The notes under the pieces were generated by a model. The model searched no databases. It had not been told where the DNA came from and was given only the letters and a program-made list of their open reading frames with translations. A DNA stretch of 64,000 nucleotides from Callorhinchus milii. Taxonomy: Eukaryota. Shown here one piece after another: positions 1 through 13,039 of the stretch; the stretch's first letter is position 1, and the number at the start of each line of letters is the position of its first letter. The DNA is taken from positions 78,804,001 to 78,868,000 of the forward strand of contig NW_024704743.1 of NCBI RefSeq assembly GCF_018977255.1, given 5' to 3'. The translations under genes were made by a program, and so were the position numbers.

Positions 1-124
1 GGAAGCTGATGGGGCCATGCGGAGGAAGAGTGGACACTAGACCAGGGAAGGGTATGGGGAGGAGAGGAAGAAGGAGTAGACGAGGAAGAGGGAGGAGGCT
101 TAAGATTAAGAATGGCAGCCAAAA

Positions 125-1090
125 GGTACACGCAGATGGTCCACTTCAAGATCCTCACGCTTATGTTCAAATCCCTTCACTCTCTGGCCCCTCCCTACTT
201 CTCTGAACTCCCCAATCCACCACCCGGTGCCTCCGTTCAACTGGCACCGGCCTCCTGCTCATCCCTCACACCGTCTGCCCCACCATCGGAGGTTGCGCTT
301 TCAACCACTACGCCCCGAAACTCTGGAACACTCTCCCTTAATCCCTCCACCTTGCCCCCTCTATATAAGTGTAAGTTGTTGTTGTTGTTCGACACTCAAC
401 TATCCTTTCTACCCCACATCCGTACCATGATCTGCTTTGCCTTCCCTCTCCTCTGCAACATCACCCGGCTCTGCCACTGTCTTACACAGCAGGCCACGAA
501 AGCCTCATCCACGCATTCATCACATCTAGGCTCGACTTTGCCAACTCCCTGCATATCGGCCTTCTCAACTCTTCCCTCCACAAGCTGCAGATCATCCCAG
601 AACTCTGCGGCTTGTGTCCTCTCCCGCACCAGGATCCATAACCCCATCACTCCCACCCTCGCCTGGCTCCACTGGCTCCCCATTCCTCAGAGGATAGAGT
701 TCAAAATCCTCGCCTTCAAGGCCCTCCACAGCCTTGCTCTTTACTACTTCTGTGACCTGCTGATCCCGTAGCAACCTGTCCACTCCCTCCGCTCAGCAGA
801 CTCTGGCCTGCTCCAAGTACTCCGCCCGGCCTGCCCCATCATTGGCGGTCGGGCCTTCAGCCTCTCTGCCCCCACCTTTTGGAGCTCCATCTCACATTCC
901 CTTCGCCTCGCTCTTTCCCTTGCCTCCTTCAAGGCACGTCTCAAAACCCTCCTCTTCAAAAGAACCTTTGGCCACCCTCCTACCCTCCCTGCCTTCCACC
1001 CTTCCCGATCCCAACCCCCTGCTCGGGTCCAAATCCCTGACAATCCAGCACCTTGGGACATCCTCCTGATGTGAAAGGCGCTTTACAAAT
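125..1090 (+). mobile_element. Two tandem 5'-truncated L2-clade LINE 3' fragments (~125-391 and ~392-1090)
   Basis: Translations contain L2 ORF2 C-terminal motifs (QNSAA..LSRT, HITPTL..LHWLPI.QRIEFKIL, RAFS..AP.LWN). (TTG)n tail at ~374-389; second tail 'ccttgggacatcctcctgatgtgaaaggcgctttacaaatg' at ~1051-1091. Confidence 0.85.
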
Positions 1091-1199
1091 GAAAGTACTG
1101 ATATTAATCCATACAAATGGAAGCAAGTAGAAGTCCAGATGTTTTGGTGGTTTTGATGAGCACTACAATCCCAAGTAATGCCTTGCAATTTGTTACACA

Positions 1200-1455
1200 C
1201 AAAACGGATACATACTTGGAAAAGTATTATTAAGGGTTATGGGGAAAGAGTAGAGGAACGGGTTTAGCTTCAATGTGTGTCGATAGCTCCAGGAAGCTGG
1301 CTGGGGAGATTTGAATGAAAAAAACAGGAAGTTCTAGTATGTCTGTATTTTTATGATTTTATACAGCAGTAAACTGTATTCAATGAGTTTCTTGTCAGAA
1401 CGGACACAATGGACTGAATAGGCTTCCCTTTGTGCTGTAAACTCTCTATAATCCA
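1200..1455 (+). mobile_element. CR1 LINE 3' end, interrupted by a ~100-bp insert (1297-1397)
   Basis: 'aagggttatggggaaagag...ggacacaatggactgaataggcttccctttgtgctgtaa' matches the 3' ends of the CR1 copies at ~13.9 kb and ~54.2 kb. Confidence 0.6.
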
Positions 1456-2445
1456 AGGGGCATTCTCAGAAATGCTGCAATAATCAGCACAGACAGATGA
1501 AATGCAAATATGGATGCTGGCATAGTTCTGTTTCTTGATACCGTAGACTGACCTCCTTTTGTTGGAGAACAAGCAAAAGATAAACAGCACTGTCTTCAGC
1601 CCAGTTCAGACTTAATTGAAGCTTTATTCACAGTCTGGACTTTGCAGGCCACCATTTAGAAGGGCATTTTGGATCATCCACCCTTTGACATTTGGGTTAA
1701 CTCAGTGCACTAAATATTGAATGTACTATTAAAGTTATTCCAATGTGCCATAATAACATCACACACAAACATACACACATGCAATTAGATCACACAGTTA
1801 GCCACCTCACACAAGCAAACATAGTAGCCAGTAATCCCACTAAAACAGAATTGAGAAAGCAACAACAACAACTATTACTTCTTAAATTTAAATTGTGCTA
1901 TTCACATATGATAATGTCTTGGAGCATTTCACAGATGGTAGATGCCAAAGGGTAGATGGAGGGAGTTCCAAAGGATCCACTGAGGATGCACTGCAGGCCC
2001 GAGTTTGCTGAGTGGAGCAGTAGAATGGGGTGACAAAACCACAGAAATAGAGAGTGAAGGGCTTTATAGGTGAGGGTGAAAACCTTAAAAACAGGTCAGG
2101 GAGCCAGTATAGCCTTATGAGAACTGCAGTGGCAGGCAGGCAGAGTTTGGACGGGGATGGAGATACTGGCTGGGGAGTTTTGAATGAAGAAAAGTCCTAG
2201 TATTTCTCTGTAATTTATGATTTTAAACAGTAATAAATTGTATTCCATGATTTTCTTGTCAATTCATTTGCTTTTGTGTTATTTGTGTATTATTTGGTGA
2301 GTCACAGCTTGTAAAGACACATCAAGCCAATCCCAAGTGAATAGGTTTTATATAATGTTTTCTTTGGGAGATAAACAATAAGTCTATTTAGTAAAGCTGT
2401 GTGATGTAAAGTATTTTAATATTCCAATAATATTATAAAACATAC

Positions 2446-3195
2446 CGCTGATGTCCTGTCAGCTTGTTTGACAGACATCAAGTCCTGGATGAATGCAAAT
2501 TTCCTGCAACTGAATGTAGACAAGATGGGAGCCATACTCTCTTTGTCTCCCATCAACGTCTTCTCTCCTGCGGGTCTGAACTCTTCAACTTCCCCGGGCT
2601 CTCCCTCAGACTCACCAAACCCGTGCACAACTTAGGTGTGAGATTCGATCCCCAGCTTTCCTTTCTACCCCACATCCGTTCCCTGACCTAGACCGCTTTT
2701 TTCCACCTCCATCACATTGCCCCCCTCTGTCCGTACCTCACAACAAAAGCAGCCCTTGTATCACCTTTGTCACCTCCCAACCAGACTATTCTAATGCCCT
2801 CCTCACTGGTCTCCCCAGCTCCACCGTACACAAAGTTCAACTAAAACTCTGCTGCCTGGATACTCACCTGCATAAAACTCCGTACCCCCAGCCCTTGCCA
2901 GGCTCCACTGACTCCCAATTACCAATCGGATCAATTTCAAGATCCTCTCATTTGTTTTCAAACCCCTTCATGCCCTCGCATCTCCCTACCTATCCGACCT
3001 GCTTACCCTCCATTCCATCACCCGCTGCATCTGCTAGGCTGGCTCCGGCCTCCTGTTTATCAACTGGCTCCTCCACTCCACCATCGGAGGTCGCGCCCTC
3101 AGCTACTACGCCCCGAATCTCTGGAACTCTCTCCCTCAATCCCTCTGTCTATCTCCCTCCCCATGGCATGATATAAATGCAAGTTGTTGTTGTTA
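2446..3195 (+). mobile_element. L2 LINE 3' fragment (degenerate RT C-terminus and tail)
   Basis: CL.DIKSWM.ANFLQLN..K, NLGVRFDPQLSFLPHI motifs; ends in 'tataaatgcaagttgttgttgtt'. Confidence 0.85.
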
Positions 3196-4456
3196 TAATA
3201 CTAGGCTATATGCCAAGTGATAAATACTTAATAATCAAATCAAATAAATCTGGACTGATCATGGATTGGCAGAAGGATCTTAATGTAGATAAATGCAAGG
3301 TAATGCAAAATACTAATAATAATCTTTGCATTTGATATAGAACCTTATCACGTTGTCAAGTTATTTCAAAGTGTTTCACAGGAATAACCGTAGAGTGATG
3401 TGACTGTATTTCCAGGTGAATGGCAGCCAATTTATTGATTTCAATCAATAGCGACCCATGAGAACATCATAAACTATTTCATCAACCAGGACTCAAACCC
3501 CAAGACTTTACTAAACATGAAGGCCATGATAGGGAAGCTTTTATGTAATATGTGGAAGGAATGGGATGGGCAGGCTCCTAGTCTCTCAATAATTGAGATA
3601 CACCCAGACAGCAGAACAAGAGGACATAGGTTTACATTTGAAAAGAGCAATTCAGGACAGACACCAGGAAGTATTTATTTACTCAGAAGGCAAGAAATGA
3701 CTGGAACACATTGCCAGGAAGGATATTTGAGGCCAGGGCACTCGGTGGGTATTCTGGAAGGATGAGATCAAATGAGCCAAATATTTTTTTTCTCTGAATC
3801 TCTCTAGTGACCTAGTTTATTATGTTACAAGCACATTGCCTTCAAATTATGCTGTAATTTTAATATTACAACAACAACAATTTGCATTTATATAGCGCTC
3901 TTCACGCTGGACGGCGCTTCTGGGGGCTCTTATTTGGTTTCAGTTCAGTTTGTTAGCTAGAGAGATTTTTAGGATGAATAGTGACAGCGAATGGCTGGTA
4001 TCTGACTACAGATTAATGATTGAAGTGGCGCTAATGCAGGTTTACATTACGTGACAGTGCTACTGTTGATCACAAGGCAAGTGCGTGCCGATGTGTGTGT
4101 ATACTGTATGTGTTTATATATCATGTATTTTGGAGTACAGTGATAATATTTTGCTAGAGAAAAATATACTGTATTTCGTGATCAGACTTGCCCAGATTAA
4201 GGCTCGATCATCTGCAATTAACACATTATGTGAAGCAGAAGAGAAAAATAAAAAGTCAGACACCAAGTGCACAGCTTCCCTCAAGTGACCTCCCCTGAAG
4301 GTGGTTAATTGCAGAGGAAGGTGCTGTTGCTATCGGCACGTCATCATTAAGTTCAAGCAACTACAGTAAATAAAGACAAGCATAGAGGGAGAGCTTATGT
4401 TCTTAATAATAACCACTTATTACCTTTACATTCATACATTTCTAAAAACGCCTTAC

Positions 4457-4531
4457 CTGTGTGTTGCTTGTAAGTGCAAGTTCATTTTCAAGGATCAGTG
4501 GTCTGACTTGATTCAACTTCTTCAGTGACAT
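4457..4531 (-). CDS. Candidate first coding exon of an unidentified leftward gene (exon 4457-4542; MSLKKLNQVRPLILENELALTSNTQ)
   Basis: On the - strand: acceptor ...GCATGTTTTAG|, 11 nt of UTR, Kozak-like GCC-ATG, 25 open codons, then a strong phase-0 donor CAG|GTAAGG. It lies in non-repetitive sequence. Product not recognised. Confidence 0.4.
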
Positions 4532-5534
4532 GGCACGACTCCCTAAAACATGCAAATGCCTTGAGCGGATTGCCAATAATATTACAGCTCGCAACACTTA
4601 AAACTGCTTAAAGTCTGAAATTAGGTTTGCTTTGAGTGATTTAACTGCACTCCTTAGAATGCAAATATGTTCGGGCATCGCATGAGAGAGAGATTTTAAG
4701 TTAAACCAATAACCCACACTTGATTATTGATTATTGAAATCGTTCAGAAGTAGCAGATGATTTGTTGCAATCTACAGAATGAAAAGTTGGGCTACAGTTT
4801 TAGAAAACAGATAACTGCAGAAAGGGGCAGCAAAGAAGCAAAATGTATTACATTTAAAATTTAAAGTTTATTAAGCAGATCACGTCTATGGACTAAATAT
4901 GCAATTAGATTTCCGCAGATTTACCAACTTAAATATACATAATTTACAGGAAAATCAACCCACCTGTAAGCTTCCTCTTCTTACTGCAGATTCCCCTCTT
5001 CAGTGTTGCTGAGCGCAGCTCATGGTTTTAATGAACGATACTTGACAAACTCACGCCTGGATGTGATCATATGTTAAATATCTGTCACCTTAGAAACATT
5101 GAGGCCTCCCTGGTCCCAAGATTGGGCAGTGCCTTCCTCAATGCTACTTACAGTCACACCCACAGCTGATTGTTTGCCAGCTGTCAATTCAAAGCTCAAT
5201 TTCCCCCAGATAATAATAATAATAATCCTTACATTTGATATGGGGCCTTATCACGTCTTTGAGACATCTCAAAGCGCTTTACAGAATATACTGTAAAGTG
5301 AATTGACTGTATATTTTTGTGGGCAAAAATTCATTGTAGGACACCGTAAAACTTACCCCGACCTTATTCCTCACAAGCTCATTTCACCAATGGGGCAAAA
5401 TCAGCATTCAGATATTTGTGAGAATGATTTTTTAGGTTGAAATTCCTGACTTGATTATTTCAATTATTTTGAATAATTCACCAATTAATTTACCAATACA
5501 GAAACATTTTTCTTCACTTTTACTGTATATATTA

Positions 5535-5960
5535 AAAATTCTTACATTTGATACAGCGCCTTTCACTTTGAGGGGATGTTTCACTTCACAGGATTTACTA
5601 TAAGGTGTACTGACTGTGTATTTTGTAGGCAAACATTGCAGCTGATTTGCTCATAGCAATGTCCCACAAACAGCTGAATGGCCAATTTCATTTGGGGGAT
5701 TGTTGGCCAGGCCACTGTGAGGAACTCTTTTCTCTCTTTGAATAATGCTATGGGACCTTTAACGTCCACTTGAATCTACAGGCAATACTTTGCTTTAATA
5801 TCTCTTCTGAAGGACAGCATCTCTACCAATGCAGCACACCCCCAGCACTACATTGGAGTGAGAGCCTAAACTATCTGAGTTCAGAGCTCTAACCTGGGAC
5901 TCAAACCCACAACCTTGTTGACTCAGGTGAGAGTGCTGCCAACTGAGTCAGGTTGACACC
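5535..5960 (-). mobile_element. Deu-domain SINE (SacSINE1/AmnSINE1-like), near full length, decayed
   Basis: Reverse complement has the tRNA-like head GTGTCAACCTGACTCAGTTGG, a Deu core (GATGCTGTCCTTCAGAAGAGATATTAAA...GTGGACGTTAAAGGTCCC) and the L2-like tail. Confidence 0.7.
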
Positions 5961-6731
5961 TGACTTAGCTTTGTCCAGAACACATTGGTTTAGTGAATGG
6001 ACAAGAGCCCAAGGTTCCTTTTTGCTTACAGAATAAAGACAGCAGCTGGTGATGTACTGAGCCAGACCAGGAAAGTCCCAATGACTCAGTCTGTGTTGAG
6101 TTGGGGGTTTTCAGCTGGAGTAGCATTAAGGAAGCTAAATTTGGCTTTAGCACCCTTGGACTAGGAAGTTTTTGGTCAACTTGGTGAATGAGACATGCTT
6201 AAAAGTATCCAAACCAAACACATGTAGATGGCACTTATATATGGAAATTTCAATGGACTAAGAAGTGAAGGAAAATTAATTAAGTTCCTGCTTCTGATCC
6301 GGTGGCTGCTGCTGAACTGGTTTGTACAACAACTTCATATGAGGTAGGATGACAGTTTGCTTAACCGTACAGTTCAGTACGATGAATTATTGTGATCATT
6401 GGGTTGAGAACTGAATCAATCTCAGCAATGATCCCTCCATGGTTGATTCCCTGGTGAACACTCCTTTTTGTAGCCTTAAACATGAAGAATGGCCACTTGA
6501 ATGAGGTTCCAGGGGCTACCATCATTGTGGAACTACAGAATAGCATTGCAATATAATAATACTGCCCAACGGAGTATCAGTCACGTATTCCTCCATCCAA
6601 ATGTTTGAAAATGTTTTGTGCTAGATTATTATTATAGCAAAGCAGTGGTGATGTTTACATCAAATACAGAATCAGACACCATTGATAACATTGCTGCTCC
6701 TAGGGTAATAATGTAACTGTACTGTATTTAT

Positions 6732-7710
6732 GTGTCAGCCTGGCTCAGTTGCTAGCACTGTCACTTCTGAGTCAGAAGTTTTGGGGGTTCAAGACCTGTG
6801 TTGGGATTTGGGATTCATAATCTAAACTGCCTCTCCAATGCAGTGCTGGGTTGTGCTGCATTGTTGGAGGTGCCGTTGTTTGGATGAGATGTTAAACTGA
6901 GGTCCATCTACCTGTTCAGGTGGATGTTAAAGATCCTCTGGTACTATACATTACAATGCAAATTAAATTTTTAAAGTGCCTTTTACGTTGGGAGGACATT
7001 CCAAGGCGCTGAACAGTCAGGGATTTGGACCCGAGCTGGGGGTTGGGATCGGGGAGGGTGAGGCAGGGAGGGTGGCTGAAGGCTTGGTCGAAGAGGATGG
7101 GTTTGAGATGTGCCTTGAAGGAGGCAAATGAGGGAGCAAGTTGAAGGGAATTTGGGATGGAGTTCCATAGGATAGGGCCAGAAAGGCTGAAGACTTGGAC
7201 ACCAATGGTGGAGCAGGAAAGGGGGAGATGTGGAGCAGGTCAAAGCCTGGTTGATATGGGGTCAGCAGCTCGCAGAGGTAGGGAGGGGCAAAGTCATGGA
7301 GAGCCTTGAAGGTGGGGATTAAGATTTTGAACTCTATTGTCTGAGGGGTGGGAAGCCAGTGGAGCTGGGTGAGGGGTGATGGAGTCACGGAGCTTGGTGC
7401 GAGAAAGGACATGAGCTGCAGAGTTCTGGATGATCTGCAGCTTGTAGAGGGAAGAGTTAGGAAGGCCGACAAGCAGGGAGTTGGTATAGTCGAGCCTAGA
7501 CATGATAACTCTAGAGAAGAGTGTTTTCTCCTGGTGTCTTGGCCAATGATCTCCCAGATAAAATTGATCATTTATTTTGTTCATGGCTGTTTATGGAACA
7601 TTGCTGTAGCAAATTGGTTGCCATTTTCCCCTCATTACAGAATACTTAGTCTCTACACTTCAAGGTAAATCCTGTGAAGTGCTTTGAGACACTCTCAAAT
7701 GTACGGATTA
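6732..7710 (+). mobile_element. Deu-domain SINE split by an antisense L2 fragment (~6950-7510)
   Basis: Head gtgtcagcctggctcagttg; Deu core ggaggtgccgttgtttggatgagatgttaaactgagg...aaagatcctctggtacta. The SINE resumes at ~7512 (gagaagagtg...ctcctggtgtcttggccaa). The insert translates on - to [25 protein letters not shown]. Confidence 0.8.
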
Positions 7711-9455
7711 TTACTATAATATGTTTGTCTAACTACAAAGTAACGAACAAAGTACTGTAGAGAGTTGAGCAGTCAAGGGCATAAGGTTTTGCTTATGTGT
7801 ACTGTATTCTCTCATAAGATTGGGAAATCCTGCCCCAAGCAATGCTTGCCCTATTTCAGTGTGGGTAATGGAACGTGGAGAAAGAAAATGGAAGAGATTC
7901 ATCATGGGGAGAAAATATAGAGTGGAGGAGGGATTTCCAATGCAGGGAACAGATGGGATGGAATTTCCACCTCAGGGAACAAATGGAAGGAAGCTTTAAA
8001 CCACACATTGGACAGATGGAGAGGGAGCCGGAGGAAGATGGTTTCAATCAAACAGATGGCCAACCAAGAGTGGCGTTAACCTTCAACAGAACATTAAACT
8101 CCAAATGTTGTGAAATTGGGTTCCTAAAAGACGTACAGCTTTAACCTGTAAAGGGAATTCTTCTGCATCAAAGTTTGCTCAATACTGCACAAACAGCCAA
8201 GTGAAGGGTTATTTTCCAGCTTGAAGCTTTCTAGGTTGTGCTTGTGCAGAGTTTAAGAAGCTAATAATGGATTGGAGGCTCAGGTGCCAAGAAATCAGTT
8301 AATGGCAATCCTTTTGAGAAGATAATGAGTGTACTGAATTGCCAACAGCTCAGTGACTATGGTTACATTCGTTCTTTAGGTTCTGGCCCACAGTTAACCA
8401 ATCTAAAAATAAATATAGCATCATCAATGTGTTGTGCTGGTGAATAAAGCAGAAATGCAAAGGCATGTCCAGTGTCACAAGCAGTCAAGAATTGTGCTAA
8501 AAAGTGCTACAAATAGTTTCACAGGCGTGATGAATGATCAGCACTGTCGGCAGCTTGCACATGACGATGCAAGTAAAGAAACAGGGCTGAAAATAAATAA
8601 ATTCTTTCCGCATTCAATGGATGTGCAGCTCGTGACAGAGTTTAATTTAACAGATTTTAGATAATGTGTCTGTTGCACAACTCTGAACCAGAGGCCTCTT
8701 GTCCTGCATTCGTCACAAGGCTGAGACAACAATTTGCATTTATGTAGTGTCTTTCATAATGTTTTGAAGTACATTATAAAGACAATGTGGATCATTCAGA
8801 GGGTGGGAAGGAGAAAGAAGGTTGACTGGCATGATCAAAGTGTTGTGTTTAGGAGGGTGTGAGGTGAAGGGGGTAATGGACGTGCAGAGCTTAGTGTTGG
8901 ACAGGCTGCAGGCTGTGGAGTTCTATATGATATGGTGCTTATGTAGGGTTAAACAAGGGTCGAGCAATGAAAGCTATGGAAAAATCATTTCATGTCTGAT
9001 GTGGTACATTGGTATGTGCAAATTAGCTGCTGCGTTTTATCTACAAAATAGACAGTTATTGAACTTTACAGTATATCCTGGAAAGGCAAATGTAAGAATT
9101 CTTATTCTTTAGCATCTTCTTTAGCATTCTTTATTATTATTAATAAAAATAATAAATCTAGTCTTCATGTGATGAAAGCATTAGATGAGGGTTTGGGCTG
9201 CACTGGGGTAAGATAGGACGCGATAGGGGTGACTTTGCAGAGATTGAAGAAAGCAGTCTTGGTTCAGGACTGGATGTTAAATTTGAAGCAGATCGGACAG
9301 TCAGACAATACTCTAAGGCTGTGGACCAGCTTGATAACTAGATGGAATAACTAGGTTGGTGAAATCAGGTAAGAAAACACTGGTGAGAAACATGATAACT
9401 TCAGTATTGTTGATGTTCAGCTGAAGGAAATTAAAGCTCATTCAATGCTTGTTCT

Positions 9456-10440
9456 CATAGAATCATAAAATTATACAGCACAGAAGGAGCCGGGTCTTTC
9501 AAAAGAGCTATCCAATTCAATCCCACTCCCCCGCTTTCTCTCCATAGCCCTGCAAACTTGTCCTCCCCAAATAATGATCTACTTCTATCTTAAAAGTTGT
9601 TACCAAATTGGCTTCCACCACCCTTTCAGGCAATGCATTCCAGATCCGAACAACTTGCTGTGTGAAAAAATTTCTCCTCACCTCCTCTGTTTCTTTTAAA
9701 AACTATTTTAAATTGGTGCCCTCAGGTTACCGACCCACCCGCCAATAGTTTCTCCTTTTCACCCTATTGAATCTCCTCATAATTTAAAAAATTTCTATTA
9801 AGTCTCCTCTTAACCTTCTCTGCTCCAATGAGAATAATCCTAGCTTCTCTAGCCTCTCCTGATCATTCCTGATACCATCCGGGTAGATCTCCTTTGCACC
9901 CTCTCCAATGCCTTGACATCCTTCCTAAAGTGTGATACCCAGAACTAAACACAATACGCTAGCTGAAGCATAACCAGTGTTTTATAAAGGTTTATCATAA
10001 CTTCCTGACTTTTGTATTCCATGCCCCTATTTATAAAGCCTAGTATCCCGTATGCTTCTTTTAACAGCTTTATCTACCTGTCCTGTCACCTTCAAAGATT
10101 TATTAATATGAACCCCCAGGTCTCTGTTCCTTCACCTCCTTTAAGATTGTACCATCAGCTTATATTGCCTCTCCTCATTCTTCCTCCCAAAATCCATCAC
10201 TTCACATTTCACATGTCTGCCCAGTTTACCAGTTTCTCTTTGTCCATTTGCAGTCTGCTTCTATCCTCCACACTATTTACTATGTTCCCAAGTTTTACTA
10301 CTTTTCCAGCTTGGTATCATCTGCAAATTTGAAAATTGTACTCCCTATACCCAAGTCCAGGTCATTTATATAGATCAAAAACAGCAGTGATCCCAATACC
10401 AACCCCTGTGGGACACCACTGCACACTTCCCTACAGTCAG
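9456..10440 (-). mobile_element. CR1 LINE 3' fragment (RT domain to tail)
   Basis: - strand [40 protein letters not shown]1 (ATTCTATG)-type tail at ~9456-9467. Confidence 0.9.
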
Positions 10441-10743
10441 AAAGACAAATTGACTGTGTTTTTTGTGGGCGAAACGCGGCAGCCAATTGTGCACAGCAGC
10501 CTTGCACAAACAGTCAGGGATTGCATGACCAATTGGTAATTTGGTAACTTTTTATTTTAAAGGTTTATTAGTCCTGGAAAAGCAATCCATTAATCAACTA
10601 ACAACTGGGATACTAATTCCTGCTAGGTAAACAGAGGCACCTGGAGTAAAGAAACTTGCCTAACGTTTTGCCCTGCCCGGGAATCAAACCCAGGTCCTCT
10701 CGCTTGTGAGGCAAGTGCTCTAACCACTATGCTACAGGACTCC
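10441..10743 (-). mobile_element. tRNA-Ala-like SINE, long subfamily, partial
   Basis: Reverse complement starts GGAGTCCTGTAGCATAGTGGTTAGAGCAC...GGTTTGATTCC; colinear with the copies at 58684 and 59559. Confidence 0.8.
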
Positions 10744-10874
10744 ATGATTCACAAGTAGAGCTGTTGTACTCCACTTGCGAATCTAACATAAGACACTTGT
10801 GAAAAGTAGTTAAAGTTGATATAACAAATGGTACTTGTATTATGCCTATCAAGTAACGGGTTTAGTTGTAATTT

Positions 10875-10945
10875 GCATTCATGATTCATTGGTTGAATTT
10901 TTGTCCTACATTTAGGAAGCCTGGGTCTGATTCCTGGCCCATGTT
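10875..10945 (+). pseudogene. Degenerate tRNA-Gly-derived pseudogene
   Basis: Ungapped manual alignment to the tRNA-Gly(GCC) at 18406 gives about 48/70 identity. Many C>T/G>A changes, anticodon arm destroyed, followed by a T-run. Confidence 0.7.
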
Positions 10946-11424
10946 TTTTTTAGGTCATCTGGGTGTCTGAACCCATGCGAAAACCTATCACCATGCTCAA
11001 GAGTATCCAAAACAGGCTGGGTGGTCCATGGCCAAAGCTTCACTTTTTCCTTTTCCATTTGTAACATTTTCTGCTGTCTATATGTTTTAGCGGTGGTGGA
11101 ACTTTTACTTAGAAATCCTGGGAACTTGAGTAGTCATTTTATTCACTTTTTTTATTCACTATTGATGATATATTTAATAATCTGATTTTTTTATATAGCC
11201 GATTGTTAAGGTAGCTGCTCCTTCTTTCTTCCTAACCCCTCTCCTACCTCTATTAGATGCTTCACTGGCCCTGCAACATTGTCATTTGAGAACGCAGGCA
11301 AATTATCAATATTGACATGCTCTATTATCAGACTCTCAAGCTTATATAACAGTCCACGCTAACTTATCTCAATAATGTTTCCGATCTGCTAGGCAAATAG
11401 CTCACCTTTGCTTGATAAGAATAC

Positions 11425-11740
11425 TAATCCTTGCATTTAGTATGGTGTCCTTCATGTTGGGGGGATATCCCAAAGTGCTTCACAGGATCTGCTGTGAAGT
11501 GCAGTGACTGTTTATTTGTTGGCAAATGCGATAGCCCAATTGCTCACACCAAAGTCCCACAAACAGCCACAAAATAAAGAACCAATTTAATTTGGGGGAA
11601 TTGTTGGCCAGGACACCCAGAGAAACTCCCTTCTCTTTTGCAATAGAGCCATGGAATGCTTAAAGTCTACCTGAACAGGCAGACAGCACCTCAATGCAAC
11701 ACCCCTCTCCCCTCCAGCACTGGATTGGAGTATCAGACAT
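11425..11740 (-). mobile_element. Deu-domain SINE, partial
   Basis: Shares the tail and 'ttggccaggacacc...cacctgaacaggcagac' core with the other copies. Confidence 0.65.
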
Positions 11741-13039
11741 GTGACATGATAACTTTTTATCACCGTCTATTTAAATTGGGAGCATGAATCCATTGTGTGA
11801 CCTTGTGTTCATCCAAGTCAGGTTGCAGTGTATTTGTAAATTAATCCACTGGACCGCTAGGCTGTTTTGGATTTATTCCTGTCTCTTACATTTCAACATC
11901 TGACTCTGTTATTTTCGCATGATGTACTCACTCAAGACTGTTTCACTGGGTGTTAAATTATCTGTAAAATATTTACAGAACGTGTGACAAAGATGCTAAA
12001 ATCTCACAGGGATATATTATGCTCATTTCCCAGGAAAAAAACAGGTTCACAATAGCAAATGACAGTATCGCATAGATTCATTCCTTGGAAGCACTTAATT
12101 GGGTTGTATCTACATTGCAGATATCCTGTTTGCCTACAAACATACACAGTCACTTATACTGCACAGTAAATACTGTAAAGTGCTTTGAGATGTTTTGATG
12201 ATGTGATAAGATGCTATATCAAATGCGAAGATTATAGCTGTTTATATATACATGTTTTATACTGTAAATGCAATATCTTGACTTGAAAGTTAAAGTATCC
12301 CAGTGGTGCAGCACTAATAGAGTGTGCTAGGAAGCAGTAACAATATCCCTTTAAAGTGTTTGCACCAGCGATATACCTTTAAAGTGAATTCCTGATCTCA
12401 GACAGGCAATCATGTTTGCTATCCAGTAAACCTTGTTTTTTTTCATTAGTCAGCTGTGTGTTTGACACATGGAAACATTGCAGGGTTCACTGTAAAGTGT
12501 AGTGATTGGTAATTTTGTAGACAAATACAACAGCCAATTTCTACACAGCAATGTCCTATAAACAACCATGCAGTAAAAGACAATTTTATTTTGGGGATTG
12601 ACTTAAGCGCCACCCATAATCTCATTTTTTTCCATTATAGTATTCTGCTCACTCTCTCTCGAAGCATATTGGGTCAAACATATACAAGACCCTTAGTCTT
12701 TTGAAAACAATGACAGTAAAAATGAACAGATGTGTGCACCTCAGTGATACAGGGTTGTTCAGTTCATCTCAGTCTCAGTGGGAAAGAAGTGACAAGGCCA
12801 ATCGATGTGTGTGGTGCCAGCTGATCACATGGAGTCATTGACCGGTCCAATGGTAATGTAATACTACAGAATTGGTTGGTCATTTGTCTGAGGATGGCAG
12901 TACAATAGTAAACGGCACAGCAGGAGATTGTGTGGGAGAGAAGAACATAAAAAATAAAAAAATTCATATTATATATAAAAAAACTCTTCTCTTGAGGTAT
13001 CTTGAGTGAAACATATACAAATGCCATTAGTCTCCCCCT

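Noticed and set aside
7875..8144. ORF with ~10-aa repeats (REQM)
   Set aside because: Short degenerate purine-rich ~30-bp repeat; no splice or homology support.
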